The translations under genes were made by a program, and so were the position numbers. The notes under the pieces were generated by a model, which was not told the DNA's origin, ran no database searches, and saw only the letters and a program-made list of their open reading frames with translations. A DNA stretch of 64,000 nucleotides from an uncultured Acidobacteriota bacterium (GTDB lineage: Bacteria; Acidobacteriota; Thermoanaerobaculia; Gp7-AA8). This document shows positions 21,729 through 30,385 of the stretch, piece after piece (the stretch's first letter is position 1; the number at the start of each line of letters is the position of its first letter). Where the stretch lies: positions 512,001 through 576,000 of the forward strand of contig CAVUKB010000007.1 of NCBI GenBank assembly GCA_963741955.1, in the 5' to 3' direction.

Positions 21729-21887
21729 GAGTCTGCGCGGTAGAAACTGTCTTACTGCGAAAGCGGATCAGCGGTCCAAATTCGTCCGGATTCTCGGCGA
21801 GTAGCCACCGCTACGCACCTCAAATCCGATCGAATTTGGCCTCGCTGCTCCGCTTTCTCGCTACGGACGTTCCTATCGCGCAGACTC
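21729..21887 (+). mobile_element. 159-bp MITE, copy 3 (tandem with copy 2)
   Basis: Shares the CTAG at 21725-21728; followed by CTAG at 21888-21891. Confidence 0.88.
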
Positions 21888-21900
21888 CTAGCCCCGCTTT

Positions 21901-22740
21901 CTATCCCTCACCGCTCGCCTTCATCGACAGATCCAGCGCCTTTACCGAATGCGTCAGCGCGCCGACCGAGATCCGCTCCACTCCCGTTTCGGCGATCGCG
22001 CGGACGCTTTCCAGCGTGATGCCTCCGGACGCCTCGAGAGGGATCCGCCCCGCGACGCGGCGCACCGCCTCGCGCATCTCGTCCGTGGTCATGTTGTCGA
22101 GGAGGATGAGATCGGGCGACTCGGCGACGGCCTGGTCGAGCTCTTCGAACGAGCGCACCTCGACCATCACCTTCTCCTCCCGGCCGCTCTCGCGGACCCG
22201 CCGGATCGCCGCAGCGATCGAGCCGGCGTGGTCGATGTGGTTGTTCTTGATCAGGAACATGTCGCGCGCGGCGTAGCGATGGTTCTCGCCTCCGCCGGCG
22301 ACCACGGCGTACTTGTCGAGCGCCCGGAGGCCGGGAGCCGTCTTGCGGGTGTCGTAGATCTTCGCGCTCGTCCCGCGGACCGCATCGACGTAGCGGCGCG
22401 TCGCGGTGGCGATCCCGGAGGCGCGCTGGAGGAGATTGAGAGCGGTGCGCTCGCCGGCGAGGAGTGCCCGCACCCGGGCGGAGATTCGCGCGACGGTCGT
22501 CCCCGGCTCGAGCGTCCCTCCTTCGTCGACCATGGTTTCGACGTCCGCGGCGGAGTCGAGCGTGGCGAAGACCGCGCGGACGAACGGCATTCCGGCGAGG
22601 ACTCCATTCTCCTTCGCGACGATCGTTGCCATTCCCTTCTCCTCCGCTCCGAAGATCGCTTCTCCGGTGATGTCCGGAAGGTCCTCGGCGAGGGCGCGCT
22701 CGACGATGTCTTCGATCTCGGTGGTGCTCGGTTTTCGCAT
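21901..22740 (-). CDS. nadC: Nicotinate-nucleotide diphosphorylase (carboxylating)
   Basis: RALAED, GERTALN, DTRKTAPG, LIKNNH, ILLDNM, EASGG and ISVGALTHS. Confidence 0.96.
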   Translation of the reverse strand: MRKPSTTEIEDIVERALAEDLPDITGEAIFGAEEKGMATIVAKENGVLAGMPFVRAVFATLDSAADVETMVDEGGTLEPGTTVARISARVRALLAGERTALNLLQRASGIATATRRYVDAVRGTSAKIYDTRKTAPGLRALDKYAVVAGGGENHRYAARDMFLIKNNHIDHAGSIAAAIRRVRESGREEKVMVEVRSFEELDQAVAESPDLILLDNMTTDEMREAVRRVAGRIPLEASGGITLESVRAIAETGVERISVGALTHSVKALDLSMKASGEG

Positions 22741-22794
22741 CGGTGTCGGTCTCCTTCGAGGGGATGGATGGTATCTGAGTTGTCGGGGTTGGGG

Positions 22795-22922
22795 GAGGGG
22801 AGACGAGCGGCGAGAGACGAGAGGCGAGAGGCGCGGGGTTCGAGGCTGGAGGCTCGAGGCTCGAAGGGAGAGGCGAGCGACGAGGGACGGGAGACGAGGG
22901 ACGGGAGACGGGGGACGGGACG
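22795..22922. repeat. Purine-rich heptamer repeats
   Basis: GAGACGA, GAGGCGA, GAGGCTC, GGGACGG and GAGACGG units between nadC and tmRNA. Confidence 0.65.
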
Positions 22923-23054
22923 GAACCGCGGGGCCTTGGACTCTGCCACTCGGCATCGACTCCCCCGACCCCTGATCCCCGGCGCCGCGGAGGAATGATC
23001 ACCAGGCGAGCACCGTTCTCGACGACGGACTCATTGATGACTCGTTGACAAATT

Positions 23055-23405
23055 GGGGGCGTACCGGCTTCGACGGGAGCACGTCGGTGCCGCGGTCGCA
23101 TGCCGAGCTGGATCGGGCTCGTAAAACTGATCCAAACTATAACTGCGAACAATCAGCTCGCACTGGCAGCCTAAAAACCTGTCACGCTCCTCTACCGGTT
23201 GCTCACACCGGTGGAATCGAGCGTCATAAAGTGAGATAAGGACGGCCGAGGGTCTCGGCGGCCGTCTCGAAAACCAAGAGGCTGGTCCCTCTGCGGTCCC
23301 CGTTTCCCGGGCAGCAGTGGGACGAGATTCAACGGGAAACTAAGCATGTAGTGACTCGGTAGCCACTGTTTTCGGACGCGGGTTCAACTCCCGCCGCCTC
23401 CACCA
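23055..23405 (+). ncRNA. ssrA: Transfer-messenger RNA
   Basis: 5' GGGGGCG pairs with CGCCTCC-ACCA including the G3.U70 wobble; T-arm GGTTCAACTCC; tag frame 23145-23174 encodes ANNQLALAA*. Confidence 0.96.
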
Positions 23406-23417
23406 ATCAGAAACGAC

Positions 23418-23463
23418 AAACCCGTCCAGCGACCGCATCCGGTTGTTGGGCGGGGTTTCTTTT
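23418..23463 (+). terminator. Probable intrinsic terminator after tmRNA
   Basis: Imperfect GC-rich hairpin (AAACCCGTCCAGCGACCG/CGGTTGTTGGGCGGGGTTT) followed by a T-run. Confidence 0.65.
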
Positions 23464-23678
23464 GCTGCGTGTTGTCAGTGTCCTACCTCCCGTTTCCCGT
23501 TGTCGGCACTGCCGCTCCGGATCACTCCCTTTTCGGGAAGTTCGTTATACCCCCCTTCTCCTGAATCCTCGTTTACTCACCGGAGAGACGGAGATCGTGT
23601 CGGGCATCGTCTGAATCTTTTTGTGCTGGCATGCCTGAGGGTTCGATTCGGGATGTGTGCAATGCCTCAATTTTCAAG

Positions 23679-23706
23679 TTGCACACAGCATAGCAGCTGC
23701 TATATT
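23679..23706 (+). promoter_or_regulatory. Sigma70-like promoter overlapped by a perfect 14-bp palindrome (putative operator)
   Basis: TTGCAC-16 nt-TATATT; ATAGCAGCTGCTAT at 23690-23703. Confidence 0.55.
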
Positions 23707-23781
23707 GAGTCGTTTGGAACGGCCCTTGTGCGCCCACGGCGATCCGGTGCACCAGAGCGAACGCCCTTTGGAGGCTGAGCG

Positions 23782-24072
23782 ATGAACAGACAACGCGCAC
23801 TTGAACTGCTGAGCCGCAGCAAGCCGGAACTGCAGGCTCGTTTCGGCGTGACCCGATTGGCCCTGTTCGGCTCCACCGCCCGCGATACGGCGACCGGAGG
23901 CAGCGATGTCGATGTACTGGTGGCGTTCGATGGCCCGGCCACTTCCAGGCGGTATTTCGGCGTGCAGTTCTACCTGGAGGATCTGCTCGGCTGCCCGGTC
24001 GATCTGGTCACCGAAAAGGCTCTGCGGCCGGAGCTGCGCCCCTACATCGAACAGGAGCGGGTCAATGTCTGA
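23782..24072 (+). CDS. mntA: Minimal nucleotidyltransferase, MntA-type antitoxin
   Basis: GSX10DXD motif (FGSTARDTATGGSDVD) and VDLVT; 96 aa. Confidence 0.9.
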   Translation: MNRQRALELLSRSKPELQARFGVTRLALFGSTARDTATGGSDVDVLVAFDGPATSRRYFGVQFYLEDLLGCPVDLVTEKALRPELRPYIEQERVNV

Positions 24073-24421
24073 TGTCAGCCAGCGCGAATGGCGCTTCTAC
24101 CTCGACGACATGATCGACTTCGCCGGAAAGGTACTTGCCTACACCGACGGGCTTGACCAGACCGGTTTCGTGGCCAGCGGGTTGACCTACGACGCCACCC
24201 TGCGCAATCCGGAGCTGATCGGCGAAGCCGCTACCCATATTCCGGATGACGTCCGTGCCTCCCACCCGGAAATCCCCTGGCGGATGATCATCGCCACCCG
24301 CAACCGCCTCATTCACGGCTACCTCGGCAGCGACGACGACACCCTGTGGAGCATCATCCGGGATGACGTTCCCGAGCTGCTGCCGCTGCTCGAGGCGCTG
24401 AAAGACGAGGCGCAGTCATGA
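24065..24421 (+). CDS. hepT: HEPN/DUF86 RNase toxin, HepT-type
   Basis: RX4H motif RNRLIHGY, IGEA and HPEIPW; overlaps the antitoxin stop. Confidence 0.9.
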   Translation: MSDVSQREWRFYLDDMIDFAGKVLAYTDGLDQTGFVASGLTYDATLRNPELIGEAATHIPDDVRASHPEIPWRMIIATRNRLIHGYLGSDDDTLWSIIRDDVPELLPLLEALKDEAQS

Positions 24422-24609
24422 AACCCGGCAGCGTCACCAGGGGTGGACGGGTCGGCTTCCTGGCCCCGGACGGCCGGACGCTGCAAGGCATGATGCTGCG
24501 CCTCAATAAGAAGACGATCAGCGCCGCCCCCGCCGATGGCCACGAGTTGAAAGTCGCGCCCGGCTTTCTGCGCCTCGTCCAATCAGAGGGAGATGTCCAA
24601 TGGCCATGA
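24418..24609 (+). CDS. Small hypothetical protein, possibly a gene remnant
   Basis: 63-aa ORF overlapping both neighbouring genes. Confidence 0.5.
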   Translation: MKPGSVTRGGRVGFLAPDGRTLQGMMLRLNKKTISAAPADGHELKVAPGFLRLVQSEGDVQWP

Positions 24610-24851
24610 TTCGGCAACTCAAAAACTTCCCGGAAACGGTGAGGGAGGTGCGGCGGCAGCTGGCGCTCTCTCAGGAAGAACTGGCCCACGCCCTCGGGGT
24701 GAGCTTCGCCACGGTCAACCGCTGGGAGAACGGCAAGACGGTTCCTTCGAAGCTGGCGCAGAGGCAGTTCGAGCAGTTCTGCAAACACAGGAAGATCGAT
24801 CCGATCTCCGGCGAGTCTTCAAATAGATCGAGGCGGGATCGAGCTGAATGA
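24600..24851 (+). CDS. XRE-family helix-turn-helix regulator
   Basis: LSQEELAHALGVSFATVNRWENGKT. Confidence 0.9.
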   Translation: MAMIRQLKNFPETVREVRRQLALSQEELAHALGVSFATVNRWENGKTVPSKLAQRQFEQFCKHRKIDPISGESSNRSRRDRAE

Positions 24852-24984
24852 GCAGGAAGACGGAAATAACAGTTCAGTGGATCTGATCCATTGACGACAT
24901 ACATCCCGTAAATGCGATCCCCGGCACGATCACGACGATGATCTTCCTTCTGATCGGACTCATGCGCCTTTGACCGTGTTTGCG

Positions 24985-25617
24985 TCAGCGCACCGGTGAA
25001 CCGACGGGAGGATGGGGAGACGACGCTCGATCGCCCGCCGTGCTCTCGACCCGGGCTGCATGCACGATGAACCGGTTCGGTGCGTGCCCTATGTAGCTGA
25101 ACGGAAAGCAGGTCACGAGGGTCAGCGTTTCGTCCTTCGTATCATCCAGGACGCGGGTGTCTTCCGGAGGAATCACCTCGACGGATTCGACGCGGTACTC
25201 GTAAATCACCGGCGGAACGAGGAGTCGAACCTCGTCGTGAATACGGATGTCGCGGAGGCCGCGAAAGAACGTGTCGCGATGGCCGGCGAGAACCGCGTTT
25301 CCTCTCCCTCCCGGGACCGCAGTTCCGCTCAGGTGCCCCACGGCGAGAGCGAGCGTCCGGTCGTCGGTCCCTTCGCGCACGATGGCCCGCACTCCGACGC
25401 GCGGGATCTCGATCCTTCCGATGACGAGCGGGTCGACGGCAACTTCGCCCCGAGCCGGGACGACAGCGCCATCGACGTGATGAACGATGGCGCGCTCCTG
25501 TTGCGCCTGGTAATCAACGCGGTGCACGGTCGCCGCGAAGGCTCCCCCAAGGAATACGATCCCCCCGAACGCGAGGGCGATCTCGATTGGGCGAAGCCTG
25601 TTCGCGGCGATCGTCAT
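24985..25617 (-). CDS. Class D-type sortase
   Basis: N-terminal TM; LAGHRDTFF (His), LTLVTCFPF (Cys) and APNRFIV (Arg). Confidence 0.92.
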   Translation of the reverse strand: MTIAANRLRPIEIALAFGGIVFLGGAFAATVHRVDYQAQQERAIVHHVDGAVVPARGEVAVDPLVIGRIEIPRVGVRAIVREGTDDRTLALAVGHLSGTAVPGGRGNAVLAGHRDTFFRGLRDIRIHDEVRLLVPPVIYEYRVESVEVIPPEDTRVLDDTKDETLTLVTCFPFSYIGHAPNRFIVHAARVESTAGDRASSPHPPVGSPVR

Positions 25618-25619
25618 GA

Positions 25620-26297
25620 TTACGCGATCCTCATCACGCGAATCGCGATCGCGGCGCCGAGCAGCATCAGGCCGAGGGCAGCAAACAGTGGAACGTTGCT
25701 GGCTGTTCGCGGCATCGGGTGCTTGACCGCGATCTTTTCGACCTTCGCCATCTTCGGTGCCGGCACGGGCGCGACGTACGGCGCGATCTTCCTGTCAGGA
25801 GTCACGATGACGAGGGGGGAAGTCTTCAGATCTTCCGGCGGCGTTTCGGCCGCGTAAGCGACGACCGGTTCCTTCACGGTGCTCGCCAGTTCGATCGCGC
25901 GCTGCTGCGGATAGACGATGTCGTGTCCGCCACCACTCGCGGAATCGGGTGCGAACCAGGTTCTCAGAGCCCGCGGACCGGTGGTCGTGGGGTAGAAGAC
26001 GTATTCCGTGCTCTGCGGTGAGACCATCTCGGGGTACGCGTGTGGAATGGAAAGCACGGTTGCGAAGATCTTCGATCCGTCTTCATTCGTCACCTGCAAC
26101 AGGTTGCGGTTCTCGATGGCAGGAAGAACCCGGATGACGTACACACCAGGCGGAAGAATCGTTCCCCCGATGTCGATCGGCTCGGTCGTGCGCAAATAGG
26201 ATCCCTCGGGAATCGTTGCGAATGCGCTCGGCGTCGAGATCACACAGAAGATCAGCGCCAGTGCGCTCAGTGCCAGAATTTTACCTGCTGCTCTCAT
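25620..26297 (-). CDS. Secreted protein with an LPXTG-like C-terminal sorting signal
   Basis: Signal peptide; C-terminal MPRTAS, hydrophobic helix and RVMRIA; 2 bp upstream of the sortase. Confidence 0.85.
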   Translation of the reverse strand: MRAAGKILALSALALIFCVISTPSAFATIPEGSYLRTTEPIDIGGTILPPGVYVIRVLPAIENRNLLQVTNEDGSKIFATVLSIPHAYPEMVSPQSTEYVFYPTTTGPRALRTWFAPDSASGGGHDIVYPQQRAIELASTVKEPVVAYAAETPPEDLKTSPLVIVTPDRKIAPYVAPVPAPKMAKVEKIAVKHPMPRTASNVPLFAALGLMLLGAAIAIRVMRIA

Positions 26298-26638
26298 TTT
26301 CAAATGCCTCCTGCTGCTTTTTGTCGTCAGTGGGTGCCTTGTCTGCCGGACGACGAAATCCCGACCCACACGCGGAGCCGGACGGCATCGAGCAGACATT
26401 GCTGAAAGTTGTCAGAGTGGGGGCGGTCGTTCCGCTCCCAGCGTTGCGTGAACGTGAACTGAATCTAAGCTTCGGATGTGACTGGAGTAAGAGCACTTAC
26501 TACGCGCGCAATAAATGGCGCCCCAGTAGAAACTACTCCTTCGCGGCGAGCGCGACCGCGCCATTCGCCACCCGTACTCGAAGGATGGACGTGTGCGGAT
26601 CCCGAGGCGTGAGATCATCCCGGATGGAGGAGGGATCC

Positions 26639-27058
26639 GTGAACCGATCCATCGATGAATTCCACGTCGGACAGCACGTGCTGCTCACGAAGCGGTTCAC
26701 GGAAGACGATGTCCGGCGGTTCGTGGAGATCACCGGTGACGCGAATCCTCTCCACGTCGATGATGAATTCGCGGCATCGACGCGCTACGGCCGGCGCGTG
26801 CTGCACGGGATGCTGACTGCATCGCTCTTCTCGACGATGGTCGGCATGCTGCTTCCAGGCACCGGGGCGATCTACCGCTCGCAGACGCTCCGTTTCCTCC
26901 GGCCGGTGTACGTGGGCGATTCCGTCACGGCTCACTTCGTCGTGAGAAGCGTCGACCGTGAGAAGCACCGTCTCGAGATCGAGTCGTGGATCGAGAACGA
27001 AGAGGGTGAGCGCGTCGTGGAGGGCACCTGCGAAGCAGGGCTGCTTCGCGAGCGGTGA
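26639..27058 (+). CDS. MaoC-family (R)-hydratase/dehydratase
   Basis: ITGDANPLHVD, HGML, LPGTGAIY and FLRPVYVGD; GGAGG precedes a GTG start. Confidence 0.92.
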   Translation: MNRSIDEFHVGQHVLLTKRFTEDDVRRFVEITGDANPLHVDDEFAASTRYGRRVLHGMLTASLFSTMVGMLLPGTGAIYRSQTLRFLRPVYVGDSVTAHFVVRSVDREKHRLEIESWIENEEGERVVEGTCEAGLLRER

Positions 27059-27271
27059 GGTCGTTCTCGGGCCGCGGTTCGGGGCGCTGCGCGCCCGGTA
27101 CGGCAGAAGTCGTGCCCGCTCCAGGGGGTTCTGGCGAGCGCTCAAGGAGGGGCGTCAGGGCTCCTGCCCTGACGGCGCGCGCGGAGCGAGCGCGAAGACC
27201 GAGGGCGCTGCGCGACCGGGTGGGCAGAAGCCGGTGGTCGCCCCATAGTGTTGGCGATCAACCCGTTCCCT

Positions 27272-28306
27272 TCACCGCCGTGTGCTATCACCCTCGCCGC
27301 GGAGTTCGAGCAGGGTTCCTTCGAGCACCTCCGAGACCTTCTCCAGACGGAACTTCTCCGCGACTTCACGCCCGCGACGCCCCAGCTTCCGTCGCAGTTC
27401 CTCATCCATCAGCAGATCGAAGAGTTGATCGCCGAGTCCGACCGCGTCGTCCTCGCCGGCCCAGAGAGCGAAGTCCTTCCGTTCGTCGAACGCGAGAAAC
27501 GACGGGATACGCGTGAGTACCACCGGAAGAGCTGCGGCCATCGCTTCCACAGCGGGAAGACCGAAACCTTCTTCATGCCGGCTCGGACCGAGAAAGAGGT
27601 CACACGAGTGCACGAGCCGTGTCATTGCCTCCGCATCGAGGGCGACGTGGAATTCGGCGACGTGTTCGCGTACCGGCTCTTCGTTCGATGGAGCCCACGG
27701 AGAGACGCGAACCAGATCGAAGACTCCTCCCTGGGCGCGGGCGTGGAGCGCCGCTCCGTATCCGACGTCGACGCCTTTGAAGTCGATCTGCGATGCGCCG
27801 GCCAGAAGAACTCGGAGCGGTTCGTGCTCGGTGCCGCGGCCGGATCGATAGAACGACTGGTCGACGACCTGGCCGATCCAGAAGACCCGTGGGGTGAAGC
27901 GGCGGCAGACCTCGATCAGATGCGGTGAGACGACGAGCTTCGGGATCGGAAGCGCGTAGACGGCGTCGATCTCGCCCCGGATCTCCTGGTACGCGGTGAA
28001 CGCGCCTTCGTATCCCTGGCAGAGATGGATCGCGCGTTCGTGGGCGACGTTCCAGGCCGACCTCACCGTGGTCCAGAACGTGCCGATCACGAAGTCGAAG
28101 CTCGAGGCATCGATGGTGTCGAAGTCGTCGACGTACTTCCATTCGGCGCGGGAGCGGATCCAGCTCAGAGGAAGTCCCGGGGTGAAGATCGTGACTTCGT
28201 GTCCGCGCGCGATCAATCCGTCGGCGTGGGCGAGAACCACGCGAACGCCTCCGGAGAGGTCGGTGTCCGCGAGGAAGTAGGCGATCCTGAGAGGGCGCTC
28301 GAGCAT
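27272..28306 (-). CDS. Glycosyltransferase family 4
   Basis: SGGVRV and EEGFGLPAVEAMA (EX7E motif). Confidence 0.92.
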   Translation of the reverse strand: MLERPLRIAYFLADTDLSGGVRVVLAHADGLIARGHEVTIFTPGLPLSWIRSRAEWKYVDDFDTIDASSFDFVIGTFWTTVRSAWNVAHERAIHLCQGYEGAFTAYQEIRGEIDAVYALPIPKLVVSPHLIEVCRRFTPRVFWIGQVVDQSFYRSGRGTEHEPLRVLLAGASQIDFKGVDVGYGAALHARAQGGVFDLVRVSPWAPSNEEPVREHVAEFHVALDAEAMTRLVHSCDLFLGPSRHEEGFGLPAVEAMAAALPVVLTRIPSFLAFDERKDFALWAGEDDAVGLGDQLFDLLMDEELRRKLGRRGREVAEKFRLEKVSEVLEGTLLELRGEGDSTRR

Positions 28307-28358
28307 GAGAACGGGCCGCCCCCCGGGGCGGCCGGGTGCGAGTGTACAATGAGCCGGG

Positions 28359-30104
28359 ATGTACGTCGCCACGCCTGACGGCAGATTTCGCGACGGATCG
28401 TGGGACGGTCCCGCCGCCAGAGAATCGAGCCGGAGACGCAGGGCTCAGTGGCTCGCTCTTCCTCTCCTGATGGCGATCGCGTTCGCCATCCATGCGCCGG
28501 CGCTCGACGGCTGGTGGCGGAACGACGATCCCCAGGTTCTGGTTCAGGCGGCGCGATACACGCCGGAGCAGATCCTCTTTTCACCGCACGCCTGGCGCAC
28601 CCTTTCCGCTTCGAATTTCACCCCGCTCGTCACGCTCTCTTTCCAGGGGGACCTTCACCTGGCGGGACTCCATCCCACCGCGTTCTATCTCCATCAGATC
28701 GCCGCGCTCGGCGTGGCGGCGTTCCTTCTGTTTCTTCTCGTCGCGCGGTTCACGAACTGGCTGTATGGAACGTATGCGGCCCTCATCTTTCTGCTGACGC
28801 CGATCACGGCTGTGGCGGCGCGATCGCTGATGCTCCGGCACTACGTCGAAGGCCTCGCGCTCGCGGTGGCGGCGACACTCTGCTGGATGAGGGGAGGGAA
28901 TCGCCCGGGAGCGGCGGGGTGGTTCTGGAGCGGAACCGGCGCACTGCTGTACCTCGGAGCCGCGCTGGCGAAGGAGGTCTACGCACCTCTCCCGCTGCTG
29001 ATGCTCGCCGGCGCGTTCGTCGCGGGGGAACGGATCCGGAGCATTGCGTTGCGGACGGTGCCGCTCGCGATTGCGGCCGGCGCGGACCTCCTCTGGCGCA
29101 ATGCCATGCTCGGAAGCTTCGGGGGCTACGGAGCGGCGCCGACGCGAGAGTCCCTCCTGGCCCTTCCATGGCGGGTGTGGAGCGGAGGCTTCGGCACCGG
29201 ATCGGTCTCCTGGGCGATCGTGGTCGTGACCCTGGCGGGAGCGGCCATCTTCGTGATGATGATGGAGCGGGAGCCGCGACGGACGCTGCTGGTTGCAGTG
29301 ACGATGGCGGCATTCGCGTTCGTTCCTCTGATCGCGGTCGCGACGGATCTCGATCCGCGCCATTCGTTCGCACTCACTGCCGGAGCAGTGGCGCTCCTCG
29401 CGATCGGCGCCGGGCGGTCGTCTCACGCGAAGAGTGCGATCGCGCTCCTGACCGTCATCGCCGTGGCGACCGGAGTGGCCGGCGTCCGGCAGGGAGTCGA
29501 GTATCAGCGTTGGGCGAAGCCGATGGAGGCGGAAGGGAAGTACGTCTGGAACGTCACCTCGTCTTCGCCGGCCCTCCTCGCGACCGCCTCCGTCGGTACT
29601 CCGTGGTATCTGGAGGGACTCGAGTGGCTGCGCTCGTTCAGCCATCGAGGCGGCGCGCCCCGCTTCATCGGATCGCTCACTCCGGTCGCGCTCGGTGAAA
29701 TGTCGCTCCAGTCACTGGTGCGTTTCAATCCGGAAAACAATCGCATCGAACCGGTATCCGACTCGCTCGTCCCGCTCGTTCGCGAGGATCGAAGCCGGTA
29801 TGATCGCGCAGCCGCACTCGAAGTGACGATCGGGCGGAAAGGGACGGTCCTTCATTGGTCGCTCGCCCCGAGAACGGCACGATTCACGTTCGTCTCCTAC
29901 CCCGGATATTTCGAGTTCCCGATCACGCCCGACGGGAGGTGGCGTGTTCCGGAACCGACTGAGAGGCAGCACTTCCGGATTCGAGGAGATCTCCCGGGGG
30001 GGAGTTGGACCATCTCTCCTCCTCTCACGGTGCCCGGGGATGGTCAGACGGTGAGATGGAGCCGAGCAGATGAGAATGACAGTGGAGTGTCCGTACTGCG
30101 GTGA
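28359..30104 (+). CDS. Polytopic membrane protein, GT-C-like
   Basis: WWRNDD after the first TM, LAKE motif and many TM segments. Start uncertain. Confidence 0.7.
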   Translation: MYVATPDGRFRDGSWDGPAARESSRRRRAQWLALPLLMAIAFAIHAPALDGWWRNDDPQVLVQAARYTPEQILFSPHAWRTLSASNFTPLVTLSFQGDLHLAGLHPTAFYLHQIAALGVAAFLLFLLVARFTNWLYGTYAALIFLLTPITAVAARSLMLRHYVEGLALAVAATLCWMRGGNRPGAAGWFWSGTGALLYLGAALAKEVYAPLPLLMLAGAFVAGERIRSIALRTVPLAIAAGADLLWRNAMLGSFGGYGAAPTRESLLALPWRVWSGGFGTGSVSWAIVVVTLAGAAIFVMMMEREPRRTLLVAVTMAAFAFVPLIAVATDLDPRHSFALTAGAVALLAIGAGRSSHAKSAIALLTVIAVATGVAGVRQGVEYQRWAKPMEAEGKYVWNVTSSSPALLATASVGTPWYLEGLEWLRSFSHRGGAPRFIGSLTPVALGEMSLQSLVRFNPENNRIEPVSDSLVPLVREDRSRYDRAAALEVTIGRKGTVLHWSLAPRTARFTFVSYPGYFEFPITPDGRWRVPEPTERQHFRIRGDLPGGSWTISPPLTVPGDGQTVRWSRADENDSGVSVLR

Positions 30105-30246
30105 GGCGAACGAGATCCTGGTCGATCCGACGGGAGGATCGGTGCAGCAGTACGTGGAAGACTGTCAGATCTGTTGCGCGCCATGGCAGGTGCTGGTGCG
30201 AACCGCACCGGCGCTCTCGGTCGAGCTGAGGAAGATCGACGACTAA
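30070..30246 (+). CDS. CPXCG-motif cysteine-rich small protein (absent from the ORF track)
   Basis: MRMTVECPYCGEANEILVDPTGGSVQQYVEDCQICCAPW...; 58 aa. Confidence 0.88.
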   Translation: MRMTVECPYCGEANEILVDPTGGSVQQYVEDCQICCAPWQVLVRTAPALSVELRKIDD

Positions 30247-30385
30247 CGCCGCGGAGTCGGCTGGCGGCGAGAGTCCGTCCGGATTCCCGGCGACTGCGCA
30301 CCGCTGCGCGCCTCGAATCCATCACGCCTCACGGTCCACCGCGCTGACTCCAAGCCCGGATTCCTGTCCGGTCGGGAGCGAATGC

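Noticed and set aside
23375-26530. Intact integrative element at tmRNA
   Set aside because: No integrase and no duplicated tmRNA 3' end was found in the window.
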